Below, in pieces: positions 39,991-51,993 of a stretch of DNA of 64,000 nucleotides. The notes below the pieces were generated by a model that was not told the DNA's origin, searched no databases, and was given only the letters and a program-made list of their open reading frames with translations. This DNA is from Antedon mediterranea (lineage: Eukaryota > Animalia > Echinodermata). The stretch's first letter is position 1. Every line of letters begins with the position of its first letter. The position numbers were made by a program, and so were the translations under genes. The stretch is taken from positions 9,114,001-9,178,000 of the forward strand of contig NC_092673.1 of NCBI RefSeq assembly GCF_964355755.1, given 5' to 3'.

Positions 39991-40914
39991 GAATTTTTCT
40001 GTGATTTTACATATATATTAAAAAATTTATATAGTTCTAAATATTTTTATAAAATAAAATACCATACCATATCTAGTGGGTATGTATTTGATTATACATG
40101 TTACCATAATACACCGAAAAAATAATTGCCTTCCTCGAATAAATGCCTCCCAACCCCTAAAAACCCTCCTGAACATAACACCCCGGTGCAATTTGATTAT
40201 TTGAATAAATACGGTCAATTTAAAATACAGTATTTACACCATCAAAACCAGTTACTTTGTTGTTTGAAAATTTAGAAATTTCATCTGATATCAAATAAGA
40301 TATTCAATAAGATCAGAAATAAAAATTATATTATTAGTTAGCTTCTTATGATTGTCAGATCTTTTTTTTTTCATCTTCTTTGTTATTCTCTCTTTCCAAG
40401 ATTTTTGTGCGCAGCATATTCCCTATTCATTCCTTTCTAAACTTAAAATAAATTTGTTCTCCGATAATAATTATGTCTATGTATATAATTTAATTATTTA
40501 AACTTTTTTATATATATTTTTTTTTTTATAATTTAAACTTAGCTTTGGAATTTTGATATATTATATTTTAAGATGGTATAATCATTGCTTGTGAAACTGG
40601 GTGAGTGGGGAACACAGGCTTTAAGTCATAGTGATTAGGTTCGCTTTTATGTCTCATGCCAGCTCACTCAGTTAGTTCTATTGTTTTTTTTTGTATGTCG
40701 TGTTCTTCATGTATTTTATATTTGGCAATAAAAGAATAAGAATAAGAATATTAATTGTGAACATAACTTTGTATAACTTGGTACAAAGATTGACTTTGTT
40801 GAAATGTAGATGTGTAGCAAAGCTTTTCGATGATGTCAGAGCCGCATTGCGTATGTTACGCGCGATTATATGAATTTCTATAACTATCATGGTAAAAATT
40901 TGAATAAAATGCGA

Positions 40915-42482
40915 AATTTGGTCCGGGGCCAAAACTGGTCCGGTCGGATTGATTTTGGCGTTGAAACAGCCGCTAAAACAGGTGTGGTCTGACTAGGCCA
41001 AAAACTGGTCCGGTCTTCAAAATTTCTTATTTATCCTTAAAAATGTCATAAAAAGCCTGGAAAAAGTCCAAATGGTTGAAGTAAACTATGCTTAGAGTAA
41101 ATATACTAACTATTACCGTAAAATCAAAAAGAAATTATCAAAACGGACAGATTAAAAATGTGCAAGAATAAATTGGCGTTCGGTCGGAATCTTCCTTTAT
41201 TCCATTGTAAAATTTGTAGGATAAAGTAATAGCGCCCTCTGATTTTTTTCTTGGGGGGGGGGGGGGGTTTAGCGTAGTAAAAAAGGACTTATCTTCACAT
41301 ATTTCCTCATTTTATCGTTTCAAATTAATACATTTTCAGTATATCACTGGGCGGGTTAGAATTTGTTTTTAATAATATATAACTTTAACTTGCACTGAAG
41401 GGTTTAAAAAAGAGGGTTCTCATATAATATTTTTTGTTGAATATTCCATTTTAATCCATTTTGAATTTGTCATCTTCATGTTTGATTTTGATAACGTCAT
41501 CATACGTCATATCATGTGTGTTTCGTAATTTCACCTATGCTACACTGTATATAGTAAATACTGTATAATAATTGAATATGACACATAATAGGCACAACTC
41601 AGAACTATAATAAGCGTATACATCAGCTCATAGGATGACATAAATCAACGTTTTGCGATCATATTTTAACTTTACTGCAACTGTTTTAAAATGAAATGTC
41701 AGTAAAATTATAAAATGATCACCTATTTATTCTTCAAAGTGAAGAAATTAAATTTTAGTTATTCTTTGTCTGCATATATATTACAAAATTTAAATTTCAG
41801 AAATACTCATGGTTTCAGTCGATACGATAGTAAATTAATTTGACACGAATTTAGACTAGCATGATATAAAAGAACACTTTTGTTGTTTTTTTAATTGATG
41901 AGGACTACTGAGACTGCCTTTCCGCCCACAAAAAAAAAAAATAATAATAATTTTTTCACTTATATTTTTAAAAAGAAAAAACAAACGGTTATATAAAACC
42001 AAAAACCCATTGGCTGTTGGTACAGTTTTTGCAGAAAAACAAAATTGTTTTGATCCATTTTTGGTCAAAGTGAATAACAATTATGGAACATTACCATTTT
42101 TCAGGGGACACATCATCAATACATCAACAAATGTCCCTCCTAAAACTTTAGGTTTTTTCTAAAATTCTTTCGCATTTAAAAATAACTAGATTGTGTTGTT
42201 AATATGATAAAGTTTAGCTGTGGTGTCGTTTGTAATTTTTTATCTTTATTAATGTTAGTATTGCTACCCATATCGATTGTTGTTTTATACTATTATATCC
42301 CAAAAGCCGATTAGAGTTTCTTTAATTAGTGTTTCGATAATTTCTTTCGTTTGTACGGTAATATTTAGTATATTTACTTTAACCATTTGAACTGTTTGCA
42401 GACTTCTTAACACATTTTAAAGAATAAATAAGCGATTTTAAAGGCCGGACCAGTTTTGGCCTAGCCGGACCTGTTTTAGCGG
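40915..42482. mobile_element. Inverted-repeat element with GGCCAAAACTGGTCCGG subterminal repeats (superfamily unassigned)
   Basis: CGCTAAAACAGG...CTAGGCCAAAACTGGTCCGG (40971-41013) is inverted at CCGGACCAGTTTTGGCCTAG..CCTGTTTTAGCG (42445-42481); TSD not identified. Confidence 0.45.
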
Positions 42483-45113
42483 AAAAGGATGTAGGCCATT
42501 TTAGAATTAAAATCTCTATCTTTAGAAAGTCAGAGAAAATCACCTGTTATCCACTTTGGCATAAGCTACCTTTATTTATGATTTTATTTTTGAAAGTGAG
42601 TGCACCTGATTCCCAGTTTTGTATCTCCACATACTATCTTTTCCGAAGTATCATATGTCACATGTCGTGTCTCTACCATGTAAGGTTAAGGGTGTGAAAC
42701 ACATATGATAGTACAGTACCAAGAATCAGTTATAAATAAATCCCTCAAAAGGGACCAGTGCTTTCAACGTCCAAGCAACCCGAGTTGCACGTTCGGATTG
42801 AACTTTTAGCAGCTTGATTAGTTTTACCGAGACCATATTCATGCTTAGGTGAAATATAAGATTTTTCCAAGGGAATTAATATTTCCTGAAGCACAATCCG
42901 CTGAACACAACCAAACAACATATTCCAAATCAAATATTAAATTTCTACATGACCTAACCAATCACACATACAATTTTATCTTAATATTCAATTAATCAAT
43001 ATTATACCTAGAAGCAACCTTCTTAAAGTTAAATTAATGTAGTTATCGTGAAGTATGTCAATCTTTCTTAATGATGTAAACAAATATATTTAATAACGCA
43101 ATTACAAATAAATTAGCATTTTTTTTAATAATTACAAATATTATGCTTTTACAAATTATTCATTAAGTAAATTTCATTTATCAATACATACAATACCGCA
43201 CTTTTTTTATTATCCTATCTACTAATTAATTGAAAAAGATACATAAATACTATAAATATTGTATATTTTATGTTTTTATCTCTCAACAATTTGTAAAGCA
43301 ATAGAACAATTTTTGGAAACTTTGATACGATTTTTACTAAGTTTCCGGCCAACTATAGGTCCATATTTTAAAATATCTAATTTCATGGTTAGCTCCTATT
43401 AACAATAAGAAACATGGTTTTTGCCAAAAATATGTGGATCTTGCATAATTAATATTATAATATAATTATAGTAGGTAAACAGTTTTATTTTGATTATTTA
43501 CAAGTTAACCTGTCATATAATTGAGAAACTAAATTTTTTTATTATATTTGTGTACACTTTTATTATGGTGTAAATGAGTGAACTTATGACTAAAGGCTGT
43601 GTTTATACAACACCATAAAATTGAACATATCTTTAATTTTTAGTGTGTTGTAGAGGCCGCGGTTACCCCTAAAAACGTTACATTAAATCGTAATACCATG
43701 TTATACCATAGTTCATAATCCCAAGTTGTATTTTCCTGATGTATACTCATATGCATTATGAATTAATGAGTTTATTAAGCATTTAAACAAAGGATGATAC
43801 TTTATTTAAAATTTAGCTCCTTCAGTTATTGATTTTTAAAATCTGCTTTTTGAAAAACAAAATGTTTTTAAATTAGGATAAAACTATGCTACATTTTGCC
43901 AAATTATGGCAACATTTGATTAGCGTTAATTTTAAAATATGCATAAAAAAGCACAATTATCTACTAGATTTTGTCAAAATGTTCACAGTACATACTTTTA
44001 TTTAATGAGGTCAGAACAATACAAGTCGTACAAAAACAAATCGCAAAGCCAACTATGAACATATACCAACATAAAATCCAATAGCAAAATTTCAAATAAA
44101 AACAATTGTAAAATATGCTTTAGCCAGAGTTGGTATTGTAACTAAATAATATAAAACTACAAACAAGCCACTGAACAACATTGAAATCATTAAAAAACCG
44201 TCTCAAATTGGAGAAATACCTGAATTACAATATTTTTTTTAAAAATCAAATGTAGTACAGTTCACTATTAACTTTAAAATAAAATACTCGCTAGCCATTA
44301 CAATTTTGTATTTCTGCTCCATAGAATTGAAATTGCATTACATACATATGTATATCACCAAAGGCACAGAGGGATATAACTTATATCAAGCTAATAAATG
44401 CTCTCAGTTATTTCTCTAACCAGATTTAAAACAGGTTTAAAAGGCTACATCAAAATGTAATCAACTGAATAGGAATTGCAACATAAATTGTCTATCTATC
44501 TATTGGATATTAATGTTTTTACTGCAAAACTCTATCCTTCCAAATTGTAAACATTTTTCTATATACCAAATCATAAGATTTTGTCTATATTTGTATTAAT
44601 ATAAATTGACAGGCACATAACGAATTATAAACCATCCGGTGATACTGAAAATTTAAATAATTTGAAACGAAAATTGAAAATTTATTCTGTTGCTTCAATC
44701 AAAATGAATTGTGAAGATGTTTACAGCAAGAAACTAAGTGGTCCAGCAATCCAATTCACTAAAGGTCTATTGGCATGAACTACATTTGGGCAATTAAATA
44801 TCAACACCAGCTTATATAGAGATTTAATCAACCCACACACTTATATGCTAAACTGAGTGTATCGCTATTAGTTTAACTTTTAGGCATAACAACTGCTTTA
44901 GGAATATCCTCTGAGTTTATCAAAACAAATCACAAACATGAGGAGGTGAACATGTTGTTCTTTATTTATATATGAAAATTGAAAAATTGATAGCAGTAAA
45001 CAACACGCATACATCAAAAAACTCAAATTTTAATGGAACCAAAAACAATAATAAAATGCTATACTTAAAGAGTGACGTTTCATAATTGTATATACCAAGG
45101 TACAAAGAAGGAA

Positions 45114-45257
45114 GTCTACACTATCAAACTAGTTTGACAAAACAAGTGTGATGTGCCCAAATATCATAGTGATATACCCAAATATGGTAGTGATATGACA
45201 TCATCATGTCCATATATGGGAACATCACATTTTTTTTCACAGTTTGATAGTGTAGAC
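45114..45257. mobile_element. Small MITE
   Basis: 17-bp perfect inverted repeat GTCTACACTATCAAACT / AGTTTGATAGTGTAGAC with an internal 21-bp duplication. Confidence 0.6.
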
Positions 45258-46594
45258 AAGGCTTTAGGGTGGTATGTAAAGCAGAATAGTGAACCAATGC
45301 TAACATTTCTGGATCCACCCCTGATATAATTGTTTAAATGATTAACCTTGGAAGTGAAAGTTGTTAGGTTCAGTATTAATGGTTTTCCCAACTATAAACA
45401 CACACTGATTCCATTATTTGAGTTGCAATGCATTTTGGCTATTAATATAAAAATATAATTCATCTGTTAAAGAAGCTTTTCCTTGATAGGCAGACCTACC
45501 AGGAAATGGATTTTCATCCTTGAAAAAGTACTGTGAGCTGTATGCATGCACCACAAAGATCGATAGACTTTCTTCTTAGCATGAATAATATCTTATACTA
45601 AATGCTTGTTACATTAATACTGAGCAAATAAAACTAAAATATTAAACTTACAAGATGCTTTCCAGGTTGATAATCCATCTCTAAATTTTTAATTCTTAAA
45701 AAAAAAATTGTGATCAACAATACAAAATTGATACAAAGACCAGAAACATTACACAAAGCGAAGGGTATCTAAGAAACACCTAGATAAAAACCACCACTGT
45801 TATGCTGTAGAAGCTGTCAAACAACAAATGTCAAAAAGCTTGAAATCGACAGATTAACAGATATACGACAAATTGTTGCAATGACTGAATCAACAACTGT
45901 AATCAACAGTCTTTCACTATTAATTACTGTATTCAGAATACAGAGAAATTTTAAAAATCTCCCTATAACAACAATTACCATGTCATATCCAATTAAAAAA
46001 CGTTTTACTTATCACCGACATCGGTGAAGGCGGAGAAATGTTCTTAGTGGAATCAACTGTGATCACACACAGTATTTGTGAGGAATCGATCAAAGATGTA
46101 GGTTTCAGAGATAATAGATTCTTCAAAAATTAGAACCAAATACTTTTGCTTGTTTAATATACATGTTAAAAGTACACGCTTCAGTAAAGCTTCTAAAATA
46201 TATCTTCCTGGAAATTACACAGGAATAGGAACCAATCACTAATTCACAATGATCACTACTTTTGAAAAAAAAAAGAATAAAAATAAATTTCAAAATTATT
46301 ATTTTATTTATGTTAAAACAGTTTCATACAAATAACATCATTTATTGTTTTTGAATGAGATTTAGTTTAATGTTTCAATGTTTTTATAATTGAATTAAGA
46401 AAAAAAAAAGATTATTATTATTATTAAATACACTATTGATTATTGTTTTACAAGAGAAGACTTTTAATATATGCCTACAATGGAGGAATAGCTTCATGAC
46501 ATTTCATCTTACAAAAACATTTTAGGCCAACTTGTTCTCAGTTCAATAATGTCTGAAATATGTTTATCAATTACATTTGATAACCTAGCAGCTA

Positions 46595-47431
46595 ATTGTT
46601 TCTAATAAATGCCCCGTGGGCGTTGAATTTTATTCAAAAGGTGGCGGGGGGAGGGGCGTTTATTGGAGGTAAATTTTAACACCCAAAATTACCTAAACAA
46701 GTTGCTTTAAAACAGTTAATAAGTTTGTTATTTGTTGAAAAACAAGTGAATGTGCAAGCTACCTTTAGGCAATTTTCTGTCGGGGGAAATAAATTATCCG
46801 ATATTATCGCAATGGTTCGTGCACATGTTTATCGTAATTGCTCTACTGTAATATATTAGTGGAAATTATCCCCACAACGGACTATACCATTATCTGAAAA
46901 CATTTCACCTTGTGTACGACTTACGCGATGGATGGTGGTTTAATCTATCGTAGAATTATATCAGATTTAAAAGTCAATTTAACAACTTTGCCAGGGAATT
47001 AAATTTGGGGAAGGTTTATAACGGATGTATACAATGTAACTACGTTTGATAGAAATGTATCGAAGAAATTTAATAAGCTTTGTTTACCAACATTTTCTAG
47101 CTGTACGGAGTGGTCGAGTCGAGCAGAATTCTTCGAGCGTATTGTGTGCAGAAGCAGCAATATTTTCCGCGACACGCGGCGTAGCGGAAGTAAACAAAGC
47201 AGAACCTATACAGCTGTGTATGGCCTAGCTTACAATTAGCCTAGTTTGGTCGATAATGAAAGGCGCTTTACAAAAATCGTTAGGTGGGTACATTGTGAAA
47301 TAAATATTTTCCCTAATTTTAGGCTATATGGACTGGATACACATGCATTTATATTGAGCACTCATTACAATGGAAAAAATCTCAGAGGGGGGCTTTTATT
47401 AGGGGCGCTGCGTTTATTAGAAACAATACGG
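46595..47431. mobile_element. Tc1/mariner-pogo-type MITE with the left tip missing
   Basis: ATTGTTTCTAATAAA (46595) / TTTATTAGAAACAATACGG-TA (to 47433); subterminal GGGGCGTTTATT motifs. Confidence 0.68.
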
Positions 47432-48128
47432 TATTCAAATTTGTTTTTATAATTGCTGCATATAAATGTTTATTGATGATGATGATAAATGTATATGAAT
47501 ATATATATTACATACGTCTGACTGTCGAACTGTGCGGACGTTCAATAACGAGCTCCGCAGGGTACTTTTTCGAGCGTGGAATGCTATACGTGTACCATTG
47601 ACAACTTGAATTTCCCGCTGCACTTTGTCTAGAAAGGGCACTACCTTGGCCTAGGAATCACATCAGTTTGCTTTGATGATTTGTCTACTGCACTGGACCT
47701 GATTGTTTTTATAGTACTGTACACTACAGATCAGCTTTTGATACCATAGTTTTTATACTATATTTTTATACAGCATTTTATCTTCTGTACTTTATACTAT
47801 TTTAATGTTGTCTTGAATATGTGACTTACTTTGAGTTCCTGTTCCTGTTTAATTTTTCGGCTTACTGATCCTGGAATTATGGGCAAGTGTTCTTTTTTAT
47901 ATTTACTGTTGATCGTCTTGTGCATTTACCAATACTCAGTCTATGATTATCGTCATGGCGTTCGTTTTGATTCCAGTTTTAAGCCTTTTTAAGCCTTTGT
48001 CTCCTGTATTTTGTTCGTATTTGACGTCTGCTGTTTTAACATCACGTGATTGCAAGCTTGACATTGCTATCCTAACTAAAACAAGATGGTCGTTTTATAA
48101 AATAAGGAGTAAATCCAGAAATATCGGC

Positions 48129-49608
48129 AAACCGAGCCAGTACTATCCTAATCATGTTGCTTGTTTGCAAACCGAGCCAGTACTATCCTAATCATGTTGA
48201 TTGTTTGCAAACCGAGCCAGTACTATCCTAATCATGTTGATTGTTTGCAAACCGAGCCAGTACTATCCTAATCATGTTGATTGTTTGCAAACCGAGCCAG
48301 TACTATCCTAATTATGTTGCTTGTTTGCAAACCGAGCCAGTACTATCCTAATCATGTTGCTTGTTTGCAAACCGAGCCAGTACTATCCTAATCATGTTGC
48401 TTGTTTGCAAACCGAGCCAGTACTATCCTAATCATGTTGCTTGTTTGCAAACCGAGCCAGTACTATCCTAATCATGTTGCTTGTTTGCAAACCGAGCCAG
48501 TACTATCCTAATCATGTTGCTTGTTTGCAAACCGAGCCAGTACTATCCTAATCATGTTGATTGTTTGCAAACCGAGCCAGTACTATCCTAATCATGTTGC
48601 TTGTTTGCAAACCGAGCCAGTACTATCCTAATCATGTTGCTTGTTTGCAAACCGAGCCAGTACTATCCTAATCATGTTGCTTGTTTGCAAACCGAGCCAG
48701 TACTATCCTAATCATGTTGCTTGTTTGCAAACCGAGCCAGTACTATCCTAATCATGTTGCTTGTTTGCAAACCGAGCCAGTACTATCCTAATCATGTTGC
48801 TTGTTTGCAAACCGAGCCAGTACTATCCTAATCATGTTGCTTGTTTGCAAACCGAGCCAGTACTATCCTAATCATGTTGCTTGTTTGCAAACCGAGCCAG
48901 TACTATCCTAATCATGTTGCTTGTTTGCAAACCGAGCCAGTACTATCCTAATCATGTTGCTTGTTTGCAAACCGAGCCAGTACTATCCTAATCATGTTGC
49001 TTGTTTGCAAACCGAGCCAGTACTATCCTAATCATGTTGCTTGTTTGCAAACCGAGCCAGTACTATCCTAATCATGTTGCTTGTTTGCAAACCGAGCCAG
49101 TACTATCCTAATCATGTTGCTTGTTTGCAAACCGAGCCAGTACTATCCTAATCATGTTGCTTGTTTGCAAACCGAGCCAGTACTATCCTAATCATGTTGC
49201 TTGTTTGCAAACCGAGCCAGTACTATCCTAATCATGTTGCTTGTTTGCAAACCGAGCCAGTACTATCCTAATCATGTTGCTTGTTTGCAAACCGAGCCAG
49301 TACTATCCTAATCATGTTGCTTGTTTGCAAACCGAGCCAGTACTATCCTAATCATGTTGCTTGTTTGCAAACCGAGCCAGTACTATCCTAATCATGTTGC
49401 TTGTTTGCAAACCGAGCCAGTACTATCCTAATCATGTTGCTTGTTTGCAAACCGAGCCAGTACTATCCTAATCATGTTGCTTGTTTGCAAACCGAGCCAG
49501 TACTATCCTAATCATGTTGCTTGTTTGCAAACCGAGCCAGTACTATCCTAATCATGTTGCTTGTTTGCAAACCGAGCCAGTACTATCCTAATCATGTTGC
49601 TTGTTTGC
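48129..49608. repeat. 40-bp minisatellite, 37 copies (AAACCGAGCCAGTACTATCCTAATCATGTTGCTTGTTTGC)
   Basis: Exact period of 40; the only variants seen are C>A in units 2, 3, 4 and 11 and C>T in unit 5; no spacers. Confidence 0.98.
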
Positions 49609-49628
49609 GCAAACTCGTTCTTTGTTGT

Positions 49629-49652
49629 GACGTGGAAACTAACCCAGGACCC
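49629..49652 (+). other. 2A-like (StopGo ribosomal skipping) motif DVETNPGP
   Basis: GAC GTG GAA ACT AAC CCA GGA CCC matches the D(V/I)ExNPGP consensus and lies immediately N-terminal to APE domain I. Confidence 0.78.
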
Positions 49653-50518
49653 AAGGAAGTTAATATTTACTTTCAAAACGTGCGTAGCGTAAAAAATAAA
49701 TGGTTGACTACCGATCAGTTCTTTGGGAAAATCTACTCAACGGGAAGTACGATGTACTGTATAGTAGCCTTATGTGAAACATGGCTTAATATCTACGTTA
49801 ATGACGGTGAACTTAGCTTTCCGGGTTACAAGTTATACCGTTTGGAAAGATTGTATGATCTTCATGTTTTATCATTGAGCTTTTCTTTTTAATGTTATAT
49901 TTATTTTCTACTGAACATGAATTGATTTAGAAATAAATTGTTGTTTTAATAAAAAAAACACCAAAACATATGCATAAACACTGAAGAGTATAATACCATG
50001 CGACCAACTTCCACAAGGCCAGCACGTGCTGTTACCGTAGGCGTCCATCATAAATAAATTACAAATTTTGTAGATACTGATGTTCCTTTATTTATTCTCT
50101 GAACTATCTCTTGTATCTCTACAAATTACAGTATCATTAGCAACTTGAATAAACACCGTGAAAACTATAATAAAACAAAGATTAGCATTACTAATGTAGG
50201 CCTAATCATCTCATCATCGTACAGGCAGACAAGCACATGTCTGAATCATGGGGCCGGGAAACATGAGACCCTAAAGCAATGCAGTAAAACTCAACTAATT
50301 TAAAAATACAAGTCATAAGTTATAATAGCAATCACATGAATAACCATGTGTAAATACCTTGTAGCCTTATTGGAGCCTATGGTAAAGATACTTTTAACAA
50401 TGATTATCTCTAAACTTTATGTCATAAACAAGCACGAATGTGCAATACTCGGGGTACAGCGAAAGAAGCTGTATACAGACGTATACAGTTATTTCACCAT
50501 AAAGTAAAAGAAACCCGA

Positions 50519-50590
50519 GGTTTCGCCAGGGTTCGAACCGGGACCTTCTGCGTGTTAAGCAGACTTGACAACCACTACACTACGAAAACC
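50519..50590 (-). tRNA. tRNA-Val(AAC)-derived copy A1 (probably pseudogene)
   Basis: GGTTTTCGTAGTGTAGTGGTTGTCAAGTCTGCTTAACACGCAGAAGGTCCCGGTTCGAACCCTGGCGAAACC; anticodon stem TCTGC/GCAGA around TT-AAC-AC; A and B boxes present; mismatches in D, T and acceptor stems. Confidence 0.8.
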
Positions 50591-50804
50591 ACTTACACTA
50601 AAAATGTGGGTTACAGAAAGTTTTTTAATCCATTTAAATTACAAATAAATATGGTAATAAGCACAAATAAAAATAAACATGTGTAAAAGTGATAATTACC
50701 GATTACACAAAATAAGTATTTAAAAAAATAATAAAAATAAGATATACTGTGTATAATTATCATATTGCGTATAGAGTACTTTTCACCATAACGTTTAAAA
50801 AAAA

Positions 50805-50876
50805 GGTTTCGTCCGGGCTCGAACCAGGTACCTTCTGCGTGTTAAGCAAACGTGATAACCACTACGCCAAGAATCC
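50805..50876 (-). tRNA. tRNA-Val(AAC)-derived copy B1 (probably pseudogene), followed by a T8 Pol III terminator
   Basis: GGATTCTTGGCGTAGTGGTTATCACGTTTGCTTAACACGCAGAAGGTACCTGGTTCGAGCCCGGACGAAACC then TTTTTTTT; acceptor stem mismatches. Confidence 0.8.
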
Positions 50877-51046
50877 GCATATAACCATATAACTACATAA
50901 CGCTGTGGTGTGTGTCACACATTGTGGATTCTTAATTAAACAAATTAATTAACAAAAAAGCACGAATGTGCAATACTCGGGGTACAGCGAAAGAAGCTGT
51001 ATACAGACGTATACAGTTATTTCACCATAAAATAAAAGAAACCCAA

Positions 51047-51118
51047 GGTTTCGCCAGGGTTCGAACTGGGACCTTCTGCGTGTTAAGCAGACTTGACAAC
51101 CACTACACTACGAAAACC
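51047..51118 (-). tRNA. tRNA-Val(AAC)-derived copy A2
   Basis: Duplicate of A1 at +528 bp with one substitution in the T arm. Confidence 0.8.
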
Positions 51119-51332
51119 ACTTACACTAAAAATGTGGGTTACAGAAAGTTTTTTAATCCATTTAAATTACAAATAAATATGGTAATAAGCACAAAGAAAA
51201 ATAAACATGTGTAAAAGTGATAATTACCGATTACACAAAATAAGTATTTAAAAAAATAATAAAAATAAGATATACTGTGTATAATTATCATATTGCGTAT
51301 AGAGTACTTTTCACCATAACGTTTAAAAAAAA

Positions 51333-51404
51333 GGTTTCGTCCGGGCTCGAACCAGGTACCTTCTGCGTGTTAAGCAAACGTGATAACCACTACGCCAAGA
51401 ATCC
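51333..51404 (-). tRNA. tRNA-Val(AAC)-derived copy B2
   Basis: Duplicate of B1 at +528 bp, followed by T8. Confidence 0.8.
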
Positions 51405-51993
51405 GCATATAACCATATAACTACATAACGCTGTGGTGTGTGTCACACATTGTGGATTCTTAATTAAACAAATTAATTTACAAAAAATTAAAAATCCGGC
51501 TCTATAGCTTTGAGGACATGTCCCTGTAGTATGTTCATGCCAAATCCCAGCTCAATACTACAACGAATAAGGGAGGAGTAGTACTTTAAAAATCGCACTT
51601 TTTACTCAATAGTGTCCAGATGGAGGAAGAAGAGGAGAAAATGAGTAAGTCCTAGACTCGGGTACCCCGAGTAAAAATGTCTTATTCTCTCTTATCACTT
51701 TATATCTATATGAACTCTAGAGGGCCTCCTATAAGTAGGCTGCAGTTACACGTGCCAATGGCTTACCAAAAATCCACAAATATTTTGAATCAGTTCTTTC
51801 AATGTAAAATTGATATAACAGGTTCTACCCTGTAGCACATTACTTGACACGTCTATTGAATCCACTAACCGACAATGATTATGTCTTAATTAAAATAACT
51901 CGTCTGATGCAATTGATAGGATAAGAAGTATACCCACTGAATTTTATGAAGGAGTCTATAATAAATATATATCACTACTACTCTATATACGCT

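Larger units (their letters stand above)
47943..49960 (+). mobile_element. Internally deleted LINE (CR1/L2-like): leader + 2A-like peptide + APE endonuclease N-terminus + 3' tail
   Basis: Collapsing the array gives one frame MIIVMAFVLIPV...KPSQYYPNHVACLRKLVLCCDVETNPGP-KEVNIYFQNVRSVKNK...IVALCETWL...GYKLYRLER; homology stops at ~49850 and is followed by T-rich 3'UTR-like sequence, AATAAA and an A-run. The 5'UTR may extend to ~47510. Confidence 0.8.
50427..51677 (-). mobile_element. HINE (Helentron/DINE-1-like) carrying a duplicated 528-bp tRNA-Val cassette
   Basis: Minus strand: T-run, palindrome ACTCGGGGTACCCGAGT, CT-rich microsatellite, core shared with 20565-20690, cargo, 12-bp subTIR (TACTCGGGGTAC 50446-57 / GTACCCCGAGTA 51662-73), terminal hairpin GCAC-ATTC-GTGC, then TTGTT; two 528-bp units. 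Confidence 0.75.

Noticed and set aside
48129-49608. CRISPR array or repeat-protein CDS
   Set aside because: No spacers; the 40-bp period rotates through the frames and hits a TAA every third unit.
50438-51214. Duplicated 82-aa ORFs (MCNTRGTAKE...) as a small protein gene pair
   Set aside because: They are the antisense reading of the HINE end and the tRNA-Val copies; the duplication explains their identity.
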